A stretch of 64,000 nucleotides of DNA from positions 30,905 through 94,904 of the IMG/VR virus record IMGVR_UViG_3300045988_042533; one strand, 5' to 3'. Source of the stretch: a virus. The position numbers were made by a program, and so were the translations under genes. The notes under the pieces are model-generated. The model was not told the origin of the DNA. It did not search any database and saw only the letters and a list, made by a program, of their open reading frames with translations. Position 1 is the stretch's first letter. The number at the start of each line of letters is the position of its first letter. Below are positions 10,551 through 19,098 of this stretch, in pieces.

Positions 10551-10871
10551 TTAATTTAATAGTTTATCAATTTGTTTATAATCCCAACCTAACTTATTAG
10601 CAATAGGTTTAAATATCCAACTCCAACTAACAGGTGCTAATATAGCAGAGTTGACTAGAACTTTAATATCAGTTCCAAGAAAATAATAAATAGCAGCTAT
10701 AACTATTATAGAAAATAGTAGAACTATCCTTTTAATAGGAACAACTACATTACCACCTGCAACTTTAATCATAAAGTTTATTATAAGATAAGTCATAATG
10801 TTTACTATAACACAATAAGTAAAATCAAATTGACTTATTAAAGCATTAATTACATTGTTTATAACATCCAT
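10551..10871 (-). CDS. Small membrane protein (about 3 TM segments)
   Basis: Hydrophobic stretches FTYCVIVNIMTYLIINFMI, VLLFSIIVIAAIYYFLG and AILAPVSWSWIF. Overlaps the upstream gene by 13 nt. Confidence 0.55.
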   Translation of the reverse strand: MDVINNVINALISQFDFTYCVIVNIMTYLIINFMIKVAGGNVVVPIKRIVLLFSIIVIAAIYYFLGTDIKVLVNSAILAPVSWSWIFKPIANKLGWDYKQIDKLLN

Positions 10872-11089
10872 AGTTTTATTAAGTTTATATTAATAATAGT
10901 TCCAATAGTAATAATAACACTATATCGAATAACATCTTCAATTTCAAATTTAACTAGTCTATAATGTTTCCATTGATAATATTCTCTAGCAATCATTATA
11001 ACTTCAGCTATAATTCCAATTATAATAGAAGTTATAAGCCAACCTCCAATACCAATATAATCTCTAGTGTTAAGTTTAAATAAATTCAT
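10859..11089 (-). CDS. Small membrane protein (2 TM segments)
   Basis: IGIGGWLITSIIIGIIAEVIMI and VIITIGTIININLI hydrophobic segments. Confidence 0.5.
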   Translation of the reverse strand: MNLFKLNTRDYIGIGGWLITSIIIGIIAEVIMIAREYYQWKHYRLVKFEIEDVIRYSVIITIGTIININLIKLWML

Positions 11090-11336
11090 AACATCAATAT
11101 TAAGTTTATTATAAATAAAAATAGTAGTACTACAAGTATAATGTTGTGTAATACTACTATTCTAATCAATTACTAACCACAAAACATTTTAAGCATTTCT
11201 GAGAGCATTTTATTTATTTACCTTTACTCTTTACCATACGGCAAATTTAAAGCTTTCAGAGCTAATCTGTGAACCTCACAGAGGTTAAATTTCAATGATT
11301 TCAGGCAATCATAATAAACTTACTACTCTTAGAAAA

Positions 11337-11741
11337 TCACTTAAACTTATACCAATTAATTGGAACTCCTTTACGACAAGTATCAGCATACCAACGATTA
11401 AATGCTATACCATCATAACCATCAACATCATCAAGAACATCTTTTATATATTGAGCGAGATAATTTTCGTTAGGAACACTTTTACCTAGATAATCAGCTT
11501 TACACATATTAGCTACAAATACTTTATCATAAAGGACATCGTTATCTAGATGTATATTATATGCTCTAAGAATACTATCAACTTGCTCTTCTGTGTATGG
11601 AGTAATTTTACCATTATCATCTTCCATTTGACCAACAGCAAAATCACAAAGATGTTTATTAAAATGACGACCGTTATATTTAAGATATTCAATCATATCT
11701 TCAGGAAGTTCATCATAAATATCAAGACTATCTTTATACAT
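11337..11741 (-). CDS. Hypothetical protein (134 aa)
   Basis: ORF track. Preceded by the GC-rich motif (31 nt) and a TTTAAACTAAT box (6 nt before the ATG). Confidence 0.6.
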   Translation of the reverse strand: MYKDSLDIYDELPEDMIEYLKYNGRHFNKHLCDFAVGQMEDDNGKITPYTEEQVDSILRAYNIHLDNDVLYDKVFVANMCKADYLGKSVPNENYLAQYIKDVLDDVDGYDGIAFNRWYADTCRKGVPINWYKFK

Positions 11742-11770
11742 AACACAATTAGTTTAAAGATTAATACTAG

Positions 11771-11846
11771 TACCCCCGTAGAAGTATGTTAGATGTAGAT
11801 AAGCTACTAGTAGCATTAGCTTCATAACATCTCTTCTACGGGGGTG
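11771..11846. repeat. Inverted pair of the GC-rich motif forming a ~75-nt imperfect hairpin
   Basis: ACCCCCGTAGAAG(11772-11784)...CTTCTACGGGGGT(11833-11845). Inner pairings are ATGTTA/TAACAT and AAGCTA/TAGCTT. Confidence 0.8.
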
Positions 11847-11851
11847 TTGGT

Positions 11852-12085
11852 TTATCTATAACGACCCATTCTTCTAGGCTCTCTATCATCATCATAATCA
11901 TCACGACGACTTCTATAGTCTCTATCGTCATAATCATAATCTCTCATTCTACCTCTGGAAGTATCTTCTCTAGCTTCTGTAGCAGCTATACATTCTTCTA
12001 GTTCTTCCATATCTTCTTTCATTCTTCTAAGTTTATCTCTCATTTGAGATATACTTTTATGTCCTGTCTGTACCATAATCATCAT
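11852..12085 (-). CDS. Small highly charged R/D/E-rich protein (77 aa)
   Basis: C-terminal half is RDYDYDDRDYRSRRDDYDDDREPRRMGRYR. N-terminal part looks like a coiled coil. Confidence 0.5.
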   Translation of the reverse strand: MMIMVQTGHKSISQMRDKLRRMKEDMEELEECIAATEAREDTSRGRMRDYDYDDRDYRSRRDDYDDDREPRRMGRYR

Positions 12086-12086
12086 A

Positions 12087-12572
12087 TTAGTTTAGTTTAT
12101 TAGTGTTACTTACTATATCAAGTATCTTATCTAGTTTAGATTCAACACCTGACACCTTATCTTTAAGTGAAGCTATCTCTTCATCCCTAGCTTTATCTTT
12201 AGCATAATTAGTATCAATAGATTTAAGAATACTTTCAGCTTGTTCAGCTTCAGATTTAATATCTTCAATATGTTCTAAAGTATAATTAGCTTTATGAAGT
12301 ATAGATTCAACTTCTGCTTGAATTTGTTGTTTAGTCTCAGCAATTATAGTTTTACCACCTTTATATGTAACTATAGAACTATTGCTAGGTATGTTATTAA
12401 AATCAGTTGTTACATCACCAACTTTAACTTTGATGTTCATAACCATTTGATTAGTTCCATCTGTAGCAAACTGAGGAATTGTAGTACCAACAACTTCTCC
12501 AATACTATATTTTAGTTTATCAGTCTTATCTAGAATATAAACAAGACTACCTTGATTAAAAGCTGAAAACAT
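12087..12572 (-). CDS. Hypothetical structural-module protein (161 aa)
   Basis: ORF track. Its ATG overlaps the upstream stop (TAATG). Confidence 0.6.
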   Translation of the reverse strand: MFSAFNQGSLVYILDKTDKLKYSIGEVVGTTIPQFATDGTNQMVMNIKVKVGDVTTDFNNIPSNSSIVTYKGGKTIIAETKQQIQAEVESILHKANYTLEHIEDIKSEAEQAESILKSIDTNYAKDKARDEEIASLKDKVSGVESKLDKILDIVSNTNKLN

Positions 12573-12889
12573 TATACTATAAGTTGAAGTTTATTATTCT
12601 GTTTATCAAATACTACTATATGTAGTCCTTCAGTAAGAGAGGTAAGAGCAGCTCCACTAGAATTAAGTAAAGGAAGACTTACATTATTAACCATAATCTC
12701 AAAGCCTGTCGCAGTAGTTGTAGCAGCATTGAAATTAATTACCATTATACCTGCAACGCCCATAGCTCTGAAAGTATGATTAGGCATACTAAAAACAGCA
12801 TTAGCAGTTGCACTGCCAGCAGTCGTTTGAGTAGCTGCTACAAGTGGTATACCTCCACGATTACCAATGTATTCATTATATATTGCCAT
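12572..12889 (-). CDS. Small A/T/N-rich beta-type protein (105 aa)
   Basis: ORF track. Canonical AGGAGG lies 8 nt upstream of the ATG (- strand AATAGGAGGTAAAGTTATG), which is unusual in this genome. Confidence 0.6.
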   Translation of the reverse strand: MAIYNEYIGNRGGIPLVAATQTTAGSATANAVFSMPNHTFRAMGVAGIMVINFNAATTTATGFEIMVNNVSLPLLNSSGAALTSLTEGLHIVVFDKQNNKLQLIV

Positions 12890-12904
12890 AACTTTACCTC
12901 CTAT

Positions 12905-13876
12905 TTAATTCCAAAATCCATTTAAACCATTACCATAAGTTCCATAACCATAATAGCCCATTTGAGCAGCTACACAATTAGGAACAGCAACAAAAGGTTG
13001 ATAAGGTGTAGTAACTGTGCTAGGTTGAGCGCATTTGATTTCATTAACTTCTTTCTGAATACCAGCTAAAGCTCCACTTAAAGGATTAACAGCAGCAGCT
13101 ATCTGTTGACCAAATACAGCAGTCTGATGTTCAGTAGTAAGCTGAGTTTGAAGAGCATTAATCTTATCCTGCATTGCAGACTTCTCAGCAGCATCAAGTT
13201 TAGCTATAACTCTATCTCCTACTACATCAACAGCTTTTTCTAGATTACAAGTTTGGTCTCTAAGAGCATAACCCATATCAGAAAATCCTCTTGTAACAGC
13301 ACTACCAACACCATTCACAGATTCCTTAATAGTATCTGTTTGCTGAATAGTTAATATTTGGTTTTGATGATTACCATCACTTATAGCAGTTTTAAGATTG
13401 CAGCAACATGTTGCAAGTTGACTAGAAAGAGTCATTGTATTCTGAGTACCTGCATTAAGAAGAGCACCTGTTGAAGAATCAATCTTACAACCAACTTGAG
13501 TGACAGCAGTGTTAACTTGATTAATAGCAGTCTGAATCATATTAGTAGAAGTATTGAACATAGAAGCAAGAGATTGAATTGCATTACCATTATTGTTAAT
13601 TGCTTGCATAAGCAAATCTCTACCATCATTGTTATTAACAAGATTAGCAAGTGGACCTAGACCACTACATCCGTTGCCATTTCCACCAAGATTACCAAAC
13701 AGACCACCATTACGCATAAGAGGATAAAGGAAGAACAGAAAGATAACCCAAATCCAACTACCATTACCAAATCCACCACCATTGTTCATAAGAGCCATAA
13801 GTGTAGCTAAATCACTAGTTGAAGAGTTTCCTTTAGAATTACTATCAGGAAACATGAAAACTTTAGAATCGTCCAT
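12905..13876 (-). CDS. Gly/Asn-rich membrane-anchored protein (323 aa), unknown function
   Basis: One TM segment (SWIWVIFLFFLYPLM) flanked by GGGFGNG/GNLGGNGNG. C-terminus is GYYGYGTYGNGLNGFWN and a CCC triplet is present. GC-richer codons by eye. Has its own promoter. Confidence 0.65.
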   Translation of the reverse strand: MDDSKVFMFPDSNSKGNSSTSDLATLMALMNNGGGFGNGSWIWVIFLFFLYPLMRNGGLFGNLGGNGNGCSGLGPLANLVNNNDGRDLLMQAINNNGNAIQSLASMFNTSTNMIQTAINQVNTAVTQVGCKIDSSTGALLNAGTQNTMTLSSQLATCCCNLKTAISDGNHQNQILTIQQTDTIKESVNGVGSAVTRGFSDMGYALRDQTCNLEKAVDVVGDRVIAKLDAAEKSAMQDKINALQTQLTTEHQTAVFGQQIAAAVNPLSGALAGIQKEVNEIKCAQPSTVTTPYQPFVAVPNCVAAQMGYYGYGTYGNGLNGFWN

Positions 13877-13934
13877 AAGTCTTAATTTAATTTAGTTAAT
13901 AATGTTACTTGTACTTGCTAGCATTTGTACACTG

Positions 13935-13966
13935 CAAATATAAGAAGGATGATTTATAGCTACAAA
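13935..13966 (-). promoter_or_regulatory. Bacteroides-type promoter (TTTG-N20-TATATTTG)
   Basis: - strand TTTG (13966-13963), 20-nt spacer, TATATTTG (13942-13935). About 60 nt upstream of ATG 13876. Confidence 0.6.
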
Positions 13967-14000
13967 AAATGGACAACCAAGTTATTACTTAATTGTCCAT
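13963..14000 (-). terminator. Rho-independent terminator after the HTH gene
   Basis: - strand stem ATGGACAA/TTGTCCAT (8 bp), followed by TTTTTTG. Confidence 0.75.
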
Positions 14001-14057
14001 TTATTACTATGTTTATTATGAGCAAACTTATAAATATAATTGTTTCTTATTTATTAA

Positions 14058-14396
14058 TTAAATACACATAGGTTCAACGTCTTTATTAAGTAAAGTAGCT
14101 TGTGCTGTAGCTAGTCTATAAACTCTAGATGTAGATATATAATCATAAGCTAGTTTTCTAAGATGTCTTATAGAACCAACATTTCTATTTAGAATTTGAG
14201 CTATAGTAGTAACACTGAAACCTGCATGTATCATTTGTTCAACAACCATAGCCCTAGACATTACTATGTTTTCTTCACGAGATTTACCAAGAATATCCTC
14301 TCTACTTATACTTAGAGTTCCATTAGGAAGTTCAACAGCACAACATTTAACAACGTTGTCTATAACCCTATATATTTCTTTCTCTTTATCATTCAT
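14058..14396 (-). CDS. HTH DNA-binding protein (DnaA domain IV-like)
   Basis: ILGKSREENIVMSRAMVVEQMIHAGFSVTTIAQILNRNVGSIRHL follows the DnaA C-terminal pattern (I..x.R...i..R..a..l.....s...Ia..l.r..stv.h). Confidence 0.45.
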   Translation of the reverse strand: MNDKEKEIYRVIDNVVKCCAVELPNGTLSISREDILGKSREENIVMSRAMVVEQMIHAGFSVTTIAQILNRNVGSIRHLRKLAYDYISTSRVYRLATAQATLLNKDVEPMCI

Positions 14397-14417
14397 AATA
14401 TTATTAGTTTAAATTAA

Positions 14418-14771
14418 TTACCAATCTACTAATATAGACTTTTGAACAAAGGAAACTGGAGTCCATATTTCCCAAGGTTTGGGATAAGCATTAGGAGTAT
14501 AATTATAAGTACCATAACTATATTTACGGTTACTATTAGAAACAGCAGTATAAACTTGGTTTTCACTATCTTCGTAAGGAAGTAACAACCATTGCCTATG
14601 TTTACCTACAATATCACCTTTATATATATTCTGAATAACATCATTTGGTATAACAAAAGGAGTATCAGTATACCATTTACTTTGTGGTACTTCAACATAT
14701 TTCTTTTGATAAAGTTTATCAATATGCTGTTTAAATAAATTAAGACCTTTAATATCCAAAAATCCACTCAT
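14418..14771 (-). CDS. Small tail-fibre-associated protein (117 aa)
   Basis: N-terminus MSGFLDIKGLNLFKQHI shares the LDxxGL motif with the two fibre genes at 16223 and 17354. Confidence 0.5.
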   Translation of the reverse strand: MSGFLDIKGLNLFKQHIDKLYQKKYVEVPQSKWYTDTPFVIPNDVIQNIYKGDIVGKHRQWLLLPYEDSENQVYTAVSNSNRKYSYGTYNYTPNAYPKPWEIWTPVSFVQKSILVDW

Positions 14772-14784
14772 AATATCAATTATT

Positions 14785-16194
14785 TTAAGTAAATAATTTA
14801 TCTATTTCACTCTTTGTTATACTTGTAATGTTATCAAGTTTTATTTTATAACCTTCTGTAAAGTCATTTGTACTTAAACCTTTACCAGTTACTTTATCAA
14901 CTTTACTACTAAGAGCTGCATATACACCTCCACTGCTTACAGCATTGATATCACCTTGAGCTACTTTACCAGTTATTGTAGTTTTATTAGCACCTTTTTC
15001 AATAGTATCAAGCTTATTCTTATCTGAACCCTTCATAAGTCCATAACTAGTATCGTTCATATCTGATGTAGCAAAAGGTATAACTACAGTACCATTATTG
15101 TCTTCTAGTACACCATTCAAAGTAAGTTGAAAACCTCCATCGTTTGCTAAAGATAAACCACTTAATGAAAGTAGATGGATAGCTCTTCTTTCAGCACCTG
15201 TTATTAAACCATCTTTCTGACCGGTATCATTGAGAATGTTATAAGTAGCTAAAGGAACATTAACATACGCTTGGCTACTAGTATTTAATGCTATAGGATA
15301 ATTATGATTTGCATCATCTTGTTGGAATCCTGTCTTAATACCACCTAATACCTTGTCAGTAGCTGTTGGTAATGAATATTTAGTATCAGTATCTGTCCAT
15401 GGTACATAAACATAAGCTTTGTTAGTACTATCTAATTGAACAGGATAATTCTTACCACTAGCTGAATATCCTAGTTTTATACCACCTAAGTTAGTTCCTG
15501 CTACTGGAAGACTATAATTATTAGCATGTTCTGCAATTCCATCAAGTTTTTTCTTGTCAGCAGTACTCATAATACCAGGCTTGGCTTGAGTTGCAGTGTA
15601 AATCTCAACAATACTCTTATTGTCATGCTTATCATTATCTCCAAAAGCAAGACCTATAAACTGCTGACCATCTGCACTTGTAGAGAAAGGTGTATCAGGA
15701 CTAAATTCTAAGTTATCATAATTTGTCTTCAGTCCATTAAAAGTTGTAGTGTTTACTTTACTATTAAGGGCTGTATTTACAACATTGTTTTGTACAGGAT
15801 TTACAGAACTTGAACTTAAAGAGCTATCAACTGTAGTTTTATTAGCTCCTTCTGCTATACCATTCAACTTTGTTTTATAGGCTTCTGTAAAGTCATTTGT
15901 ACTCAATCCCTTACCGCTTACCTTATCAACTTTATTATTTAAAGCTGCTGTTGTAGCGTAACCACTTAAATCAACATCACTACCAAGTTTAATCTTTCTC
16001 CATTTACCTGTAGTAGTATCTACACTATTACTCTTTGTTAACTGATAAAGAGTTCCTGCTACATTAGTAATAAAATGGTCTGGAAAATCATTTTCGCTAG
16101 CTGCTTTAAGACTAGCAACGTTAGCAAAGTAATCTCTTGCAAAGTTAAACTGCGGTGACTTTAAGTCAAAGTTTTGATTTATGATAAAACTCAT
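14785..16194 (-). CDS. Tail fibre protein (469 aa) with internal duplications
   Basis: VDKV(S/T)GKGLSTNDFTE(A/G)YK.KL occurs twice. (I/G)IAE(G/H)AN / IEKGANKTT occurs three times. YSLP.A....LGGIK occurs twice. All are common phage fibre repeat motifs. Confidence 0.75.
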   Translation of the reverse strand: MSFIINQNFDLKSPQFNFARDYFANVASLKAASENDFPDHFITNVAGTLYQLTKSNSVDTTTGKWRKIKLGSDVDLSGYATTAALNNKVDKVSGKGLSTNDFTEAYKTKLNGIAEGANKTTVDSSLSSSSVNPVQNNVVNTALNSKVNTTTFNGLKTNYDNLEFSPDTPFSTSADGQQFIGLAFGDNDKHDNKSIVEIYTATQAKPGIMSTADKKKLDGIAEHANNYSLPVAGTNLGGIKLGYSASGKNYPVQLDSTNKAYVYVPWTDTDTKYSLPTATDKVLGGIKTGFQQDDANHNYPIALNTSSQAYVNVPLATYNILNDTGQKDGLITGAERRAIHLLSLSGLSLANDGGFQLTLNGVLEDNNGTVVIPFATSDMNDTSYGLMKGSDKNKLDTIEKGANKTTITGKVAQGDINAVSSGGVYAALSSKVDKVTGKGLSTNDFTEGYKIKLDNITSITKSEIDKLFT

Positions 16195-16222
16195 ATCTAT
16201 CTATTTTATTAAGTTAAACATG

Positions 16223-17338
16223 TTAGGCAAATGTATAGCTACCAGTAGCAGTAGCAGGAGTTTTTTGCATATAAACATTATAATTAGTTCCATTAACAGT
16301 AACTGCTGTAAGTTTTGAATAACCACTAAAACCTTGGAAGCCATTACCATCCTTAATAGAAGTCAAATCTCCAAAATATGCTGGATAAGCATAAACAAGT
16401 TTTTGGTTAGATTGAGTAATAGATACTGTTCTATTTTTAGAATTAATTACTGCTTTATTACCTAGCTTTATAATTTCAGCAGCAGTCAATGAAGCTTTAT
16501 TAGCATCAACTACTCCACAATAACTAGCATGAACAAATGTAACAGTACATGTTTTTGTCTTAGTAGTTGAATCAGCTATTGCTGTAAGAGTGAAAGTAAC
16601 AACTTTCCTATCAGTTCCCGATGTTACATTTTCTTTAGGTATACTAAATGATTGTGTTTTAGTACCAACTGCTGGTGTAGCAGAACCTGTATAAGCTCCA
16701 GTTCCGGCAACTTTTTGACTTGTAACTCTATGGAAATCTTCATTAGAGAAATTCCAACTAAGATTAACTACATTATCAGTACCAAGCTCAGCTACATCAG
16801 GTTTAACACTAATCCATGAAATATCGAATGGATAACGATTAGCAAGTTTTGTAAGAATAGCTTTATCGGCAGCACTCATAGCACCAGCAGCAGAAGTTGT
16901 GGCAGAAGGAATACTTATACTAGAAATAGCACTATTTTTAGTAACATTAATTTTTATATTACTAGCATCATTATTTCCTGCTGCAACTCCATTAACAGTA
17001 TCTGCTTTCTTACTATAAGCAGTCAAATCTACTTCAGCTTGGAAGTCGCCAAGTTTCTCCCACTTAGTAGCATCATAATTTGAAGTATGTGCTGTTTCAT
17101 CTACAACTATAGGAAGAATACCTGTATAAACATATTCAGCGTACCTATTCTTTGCTACACCTGAAGCAGCAGGTTCAGGAACAAGATAAATATGCTTACC
17201 TATATTTGTAGTAGGAAGCTTAGATATATCGGTAAGGACTTCTACGAAAGTATTATCAATCTCACCTTTTTTAATAAACTTATTGTTAATGTTAGTAACA
17301 AGAGTTTTTAAACCATCTAAATCAAGATATTGAGCCAT
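16223..17338 (-). CDS. Tail fibre protein (371 aa)
   Basis: N-terminus MAQYLDLDGLKTLVTNI. The IYLVP...YAEYVY...WEKLGDFQAEVDL block is shared with 8400..10544. Confidence 0.7.
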   Translation of the reverse strand: MAQYLDLDGLKTLVTNINNKFIKKGEIDNTFVEVLTDISKLPTTNIGKHIYLVPEPAASGVAKNRYAEYVYTGILPIVVDETAHTSNYDATKWEKLGDFQAEVDLTAYSKKADTVNGVAAGNNDASNIKINVTKNSAISSISIPSATTSAAGAMSAADKAILTKLANRYPFDISWISVKPDVAELGTDNVVNLSWNFSNEDFHRVTSQKVAGTGAYTGSATPAVGTKTQSFSIPKENVTSGTDRKVVTFTLTAIADSTTKTKTCTVTFVHASYCGVVDANKASLTAAEIIKLGNKAVINSKNRTVSITQSNQKLVYAYPAYFGDLTSIKDGNGFQGFSGYSKLTAVTVNGTNYNVYMQKTPATATGSYTFA

Positions 17339-17353
17339 AAATTTAATAGTTAA

Positions 17354-18217
17354 TTAATTAAACATGTTATCTATTTCATCGTTATTTATACTAGCTGCTT
17401 CTAGTTCAGTAGCACTAACTTCTACAAGAGCTGAACCATTCCAACGATAAATCTTATCTGTAGATTTATCTACAAACATTTTACCTGCAAGTGGAACAAA
17501 ACTATCATCTGAATAATTATCTCTACCTTCCCAATTATTGTAATATTTAGCTGTACTTAAACCAGAAGATTCAAAATTAACAAGTAGAGCAAATTGATTT
17601 GCAGAAGAAACATATACTACTGTACCTTCTCCAATGTGAGATGCTTGTAGAACATTAGCTTGTTCTACAATACTAGCAAATTCTACAACATCGTCTACAT
17701 AACTAGGTAGTTGAGAAGCCTTGACTTTACCATCATCACCAAGAGTTACAGCTGTACTTTTAAGTTCGTTAATCTGTTTACTCAAAGCACCTATTACAGT
17801 AAGTATTGTAGCATCTACAAAAGGTTCCCATTTACTCCAAGTACCTGCTTCATTAGTTAAATCTTGAGCTGCTATATTATAATTTCTATAACATTGATAT
17901 ATTTCCTTATGACTATGACTATTTCTAAAATCAAAGTCTTTAGTAGAACTGTTATAAGAACAATGAGTTGTAAGTATTTGTGTAATAACATGTGATGCAC
18001 TATCGCTAAATACTTGCATTATACCAATAATTACACTAGGAGTATTATCAGAAGTTACAGCATAGATTACAGGTTTACCTTCGTAACAATGCTCTTTAGT
18101 ATTTATAGTATCTATTTGACTAACTCTTATAGATGGTATACCATTGCCTGAAAACTCAGTCTTTAGTTTAGTTATAAGATGTTGAAGACCATTACTATCC
18201 AAAAATTTATTTGCCAT
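17354..18217 (-). CDS. Tail fibre protein (287 aa)
   Basis: N-terminus MANKFLDSNGLQHLITKL. Fibre motif DDGKVKASQLPSYVDDV. C-terminal tag NNDEIDNMFN. Confidence 0.7.
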   Translation of the reverse strand: MANKFLDSNGLQHLITKLKTEFSGNGIPSIRVSQIDTINTKEHCYEGKPVIYAVTSDNTPSVIIGIMQVFSDSASHVITQILTTHCSYNSSTKDFDFRNSHSHKEIYQCYRNYNIAAQDLTNEAGTWSKWEPFVDATILTVIGALSKQINELKSTAVTLGDDGKVKASQLPSYVDDVVEFASIVEQANVLQASHIGEGTVVYVSSANQFALLVNFESSGLSTAKYYNNWEGRDNYSDDSFVPLAGKMFVDKSTDKIYRWNGSALVEVSATELEAASINNDEIDNMFN

Positions 18218-18228
18218 ACTTATATCTA

Positions 18229-18360
18229 TTATTTATTAAACATGTTATCTATTTCTTCATTATTAATAGTATCTATAGTAATATCATCACTATCGACACT
18301 AACTTTAAATGGGGACATTTTAGTTCCAATTCTTTCATATAATTGTTTTACTACTTTCAT
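18229..18360 (-). CDS. 43-aa ORF ending in a copy of the fibre C-terminal tag (possible fibre-gene remnant)
   Basis: Hand translation MKVVKQLYERIGTKMSPFKVSVDSDDITIDTINNEEIDNMFNK. A 21-nt stretch (18235-18255) is identical to 17357-17377. Confidence 0.35.
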   Translation of the reverse strand: MKVVKQLYERIGTKMSPFKVSVDSDDITIDTINNEEIDNMFNK

Positions 18361-18365
18361 ATCAA

Positions 18366-18857
18366 CTACTTTTTAATATAAACCCTATGTTGCTTATACT
18401 TTTCAAGCCACTCTTTATATTTATCATAAGTAGACTTGTTAGCAGTAAATGTAACAGCATTATTTATAATTGTACCATTTACTTTTATAGCACCATCAGG
18501 AGTTATAGTGTATTGAAAACTTGTATCGTTTATATTCTTATCTATCAAGTCAATTTGCTTATCAACATATTCTTTAAACAATGTTGCTCTAGCAAAATCT
18601 TCTGAAGCATAAGCTGCACAAGCAGATTGAAAAACATTCCAACAATTAAAAACTATACTACCGTCACCTTTACAAGAAAAAGAACAATCATCTAGAATAT
18701 GTTTACCATAATCAGCAACAAATACTAGAAGTTTGCGATAAGTTGGAATCCAACTAGCTGGAATAGTAAGATAACAAACATCAGAATCTACAACATAATC
18801 TTGCTCTTGTTCACCAATAGTATAAACTTCATTATAATTTCTATCTATATTATTCAT
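18366..18857 (-). CDS. Hypothetical protein (163 aa)
   Basis: ORF track. Tightly packed in the tail module. Confidence 0.6.
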   Translation of the reverse strand: MNNIDRNYNEVYTIGEQEQDYVVDSDVCYLTIPASWIPTYRKLLVFVADYGKHILDDCSFSCKGDGSIVFNCWNVFQSACAAYASEDFARATLFKEYVDKQIDLIDKNINDTSFQYTITPDGAIKVNGTIINNAVTFTANKSTYDKYKEWLEKYKQHRVYIKK

Positions 18858-18861
18858 ATCA

Positions 18862-19086
18862 TCAAATATTAAATGTTATATTACTGATATTGTTTATATG
18901 ATTATCGTTTAGCATTACAACATTATCATAACAATGTTTAAGCATCTGTATAATACTAAGTTTGATAACTTTACTTCTATTTACAACATATCCTTTTTCT
19001 TCAAGAACGTTTATAGTTTTAACTATTTGTTCTTCTTTATCACATAAAGAGTCAATAGATTTCGTTATTTCGACATTATTAATCAT
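18862..19086 (-). CDS. Hypothetical protein (74 aa)
   Basis: ORF track. Tightly packed. Confidence 0.45.
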   Translation of the reverse strand: MINNVEITKSIDSLCDKEEQIVKTINVLEEKGYVVNRSKVIKLSIIQMLKHCYDNVVMLNDNHINNISNITFNI

Positions 19087-19098
19087 AAGAACATCTTA

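Noticed and set aside
47-17243. Motif-like fragments: TCCTGTAGAAGTAAT (about 47-61), CTTCTACGAAAG (about 17240), CCGTAGACC (about 25872, 42901), TGGGGAGCT (about 63134)
   Set aside because: They lack the C5/G5 run or match 9 or fewer of the 12 core positions. They are indistinguishable from chance and are not counted as family members.
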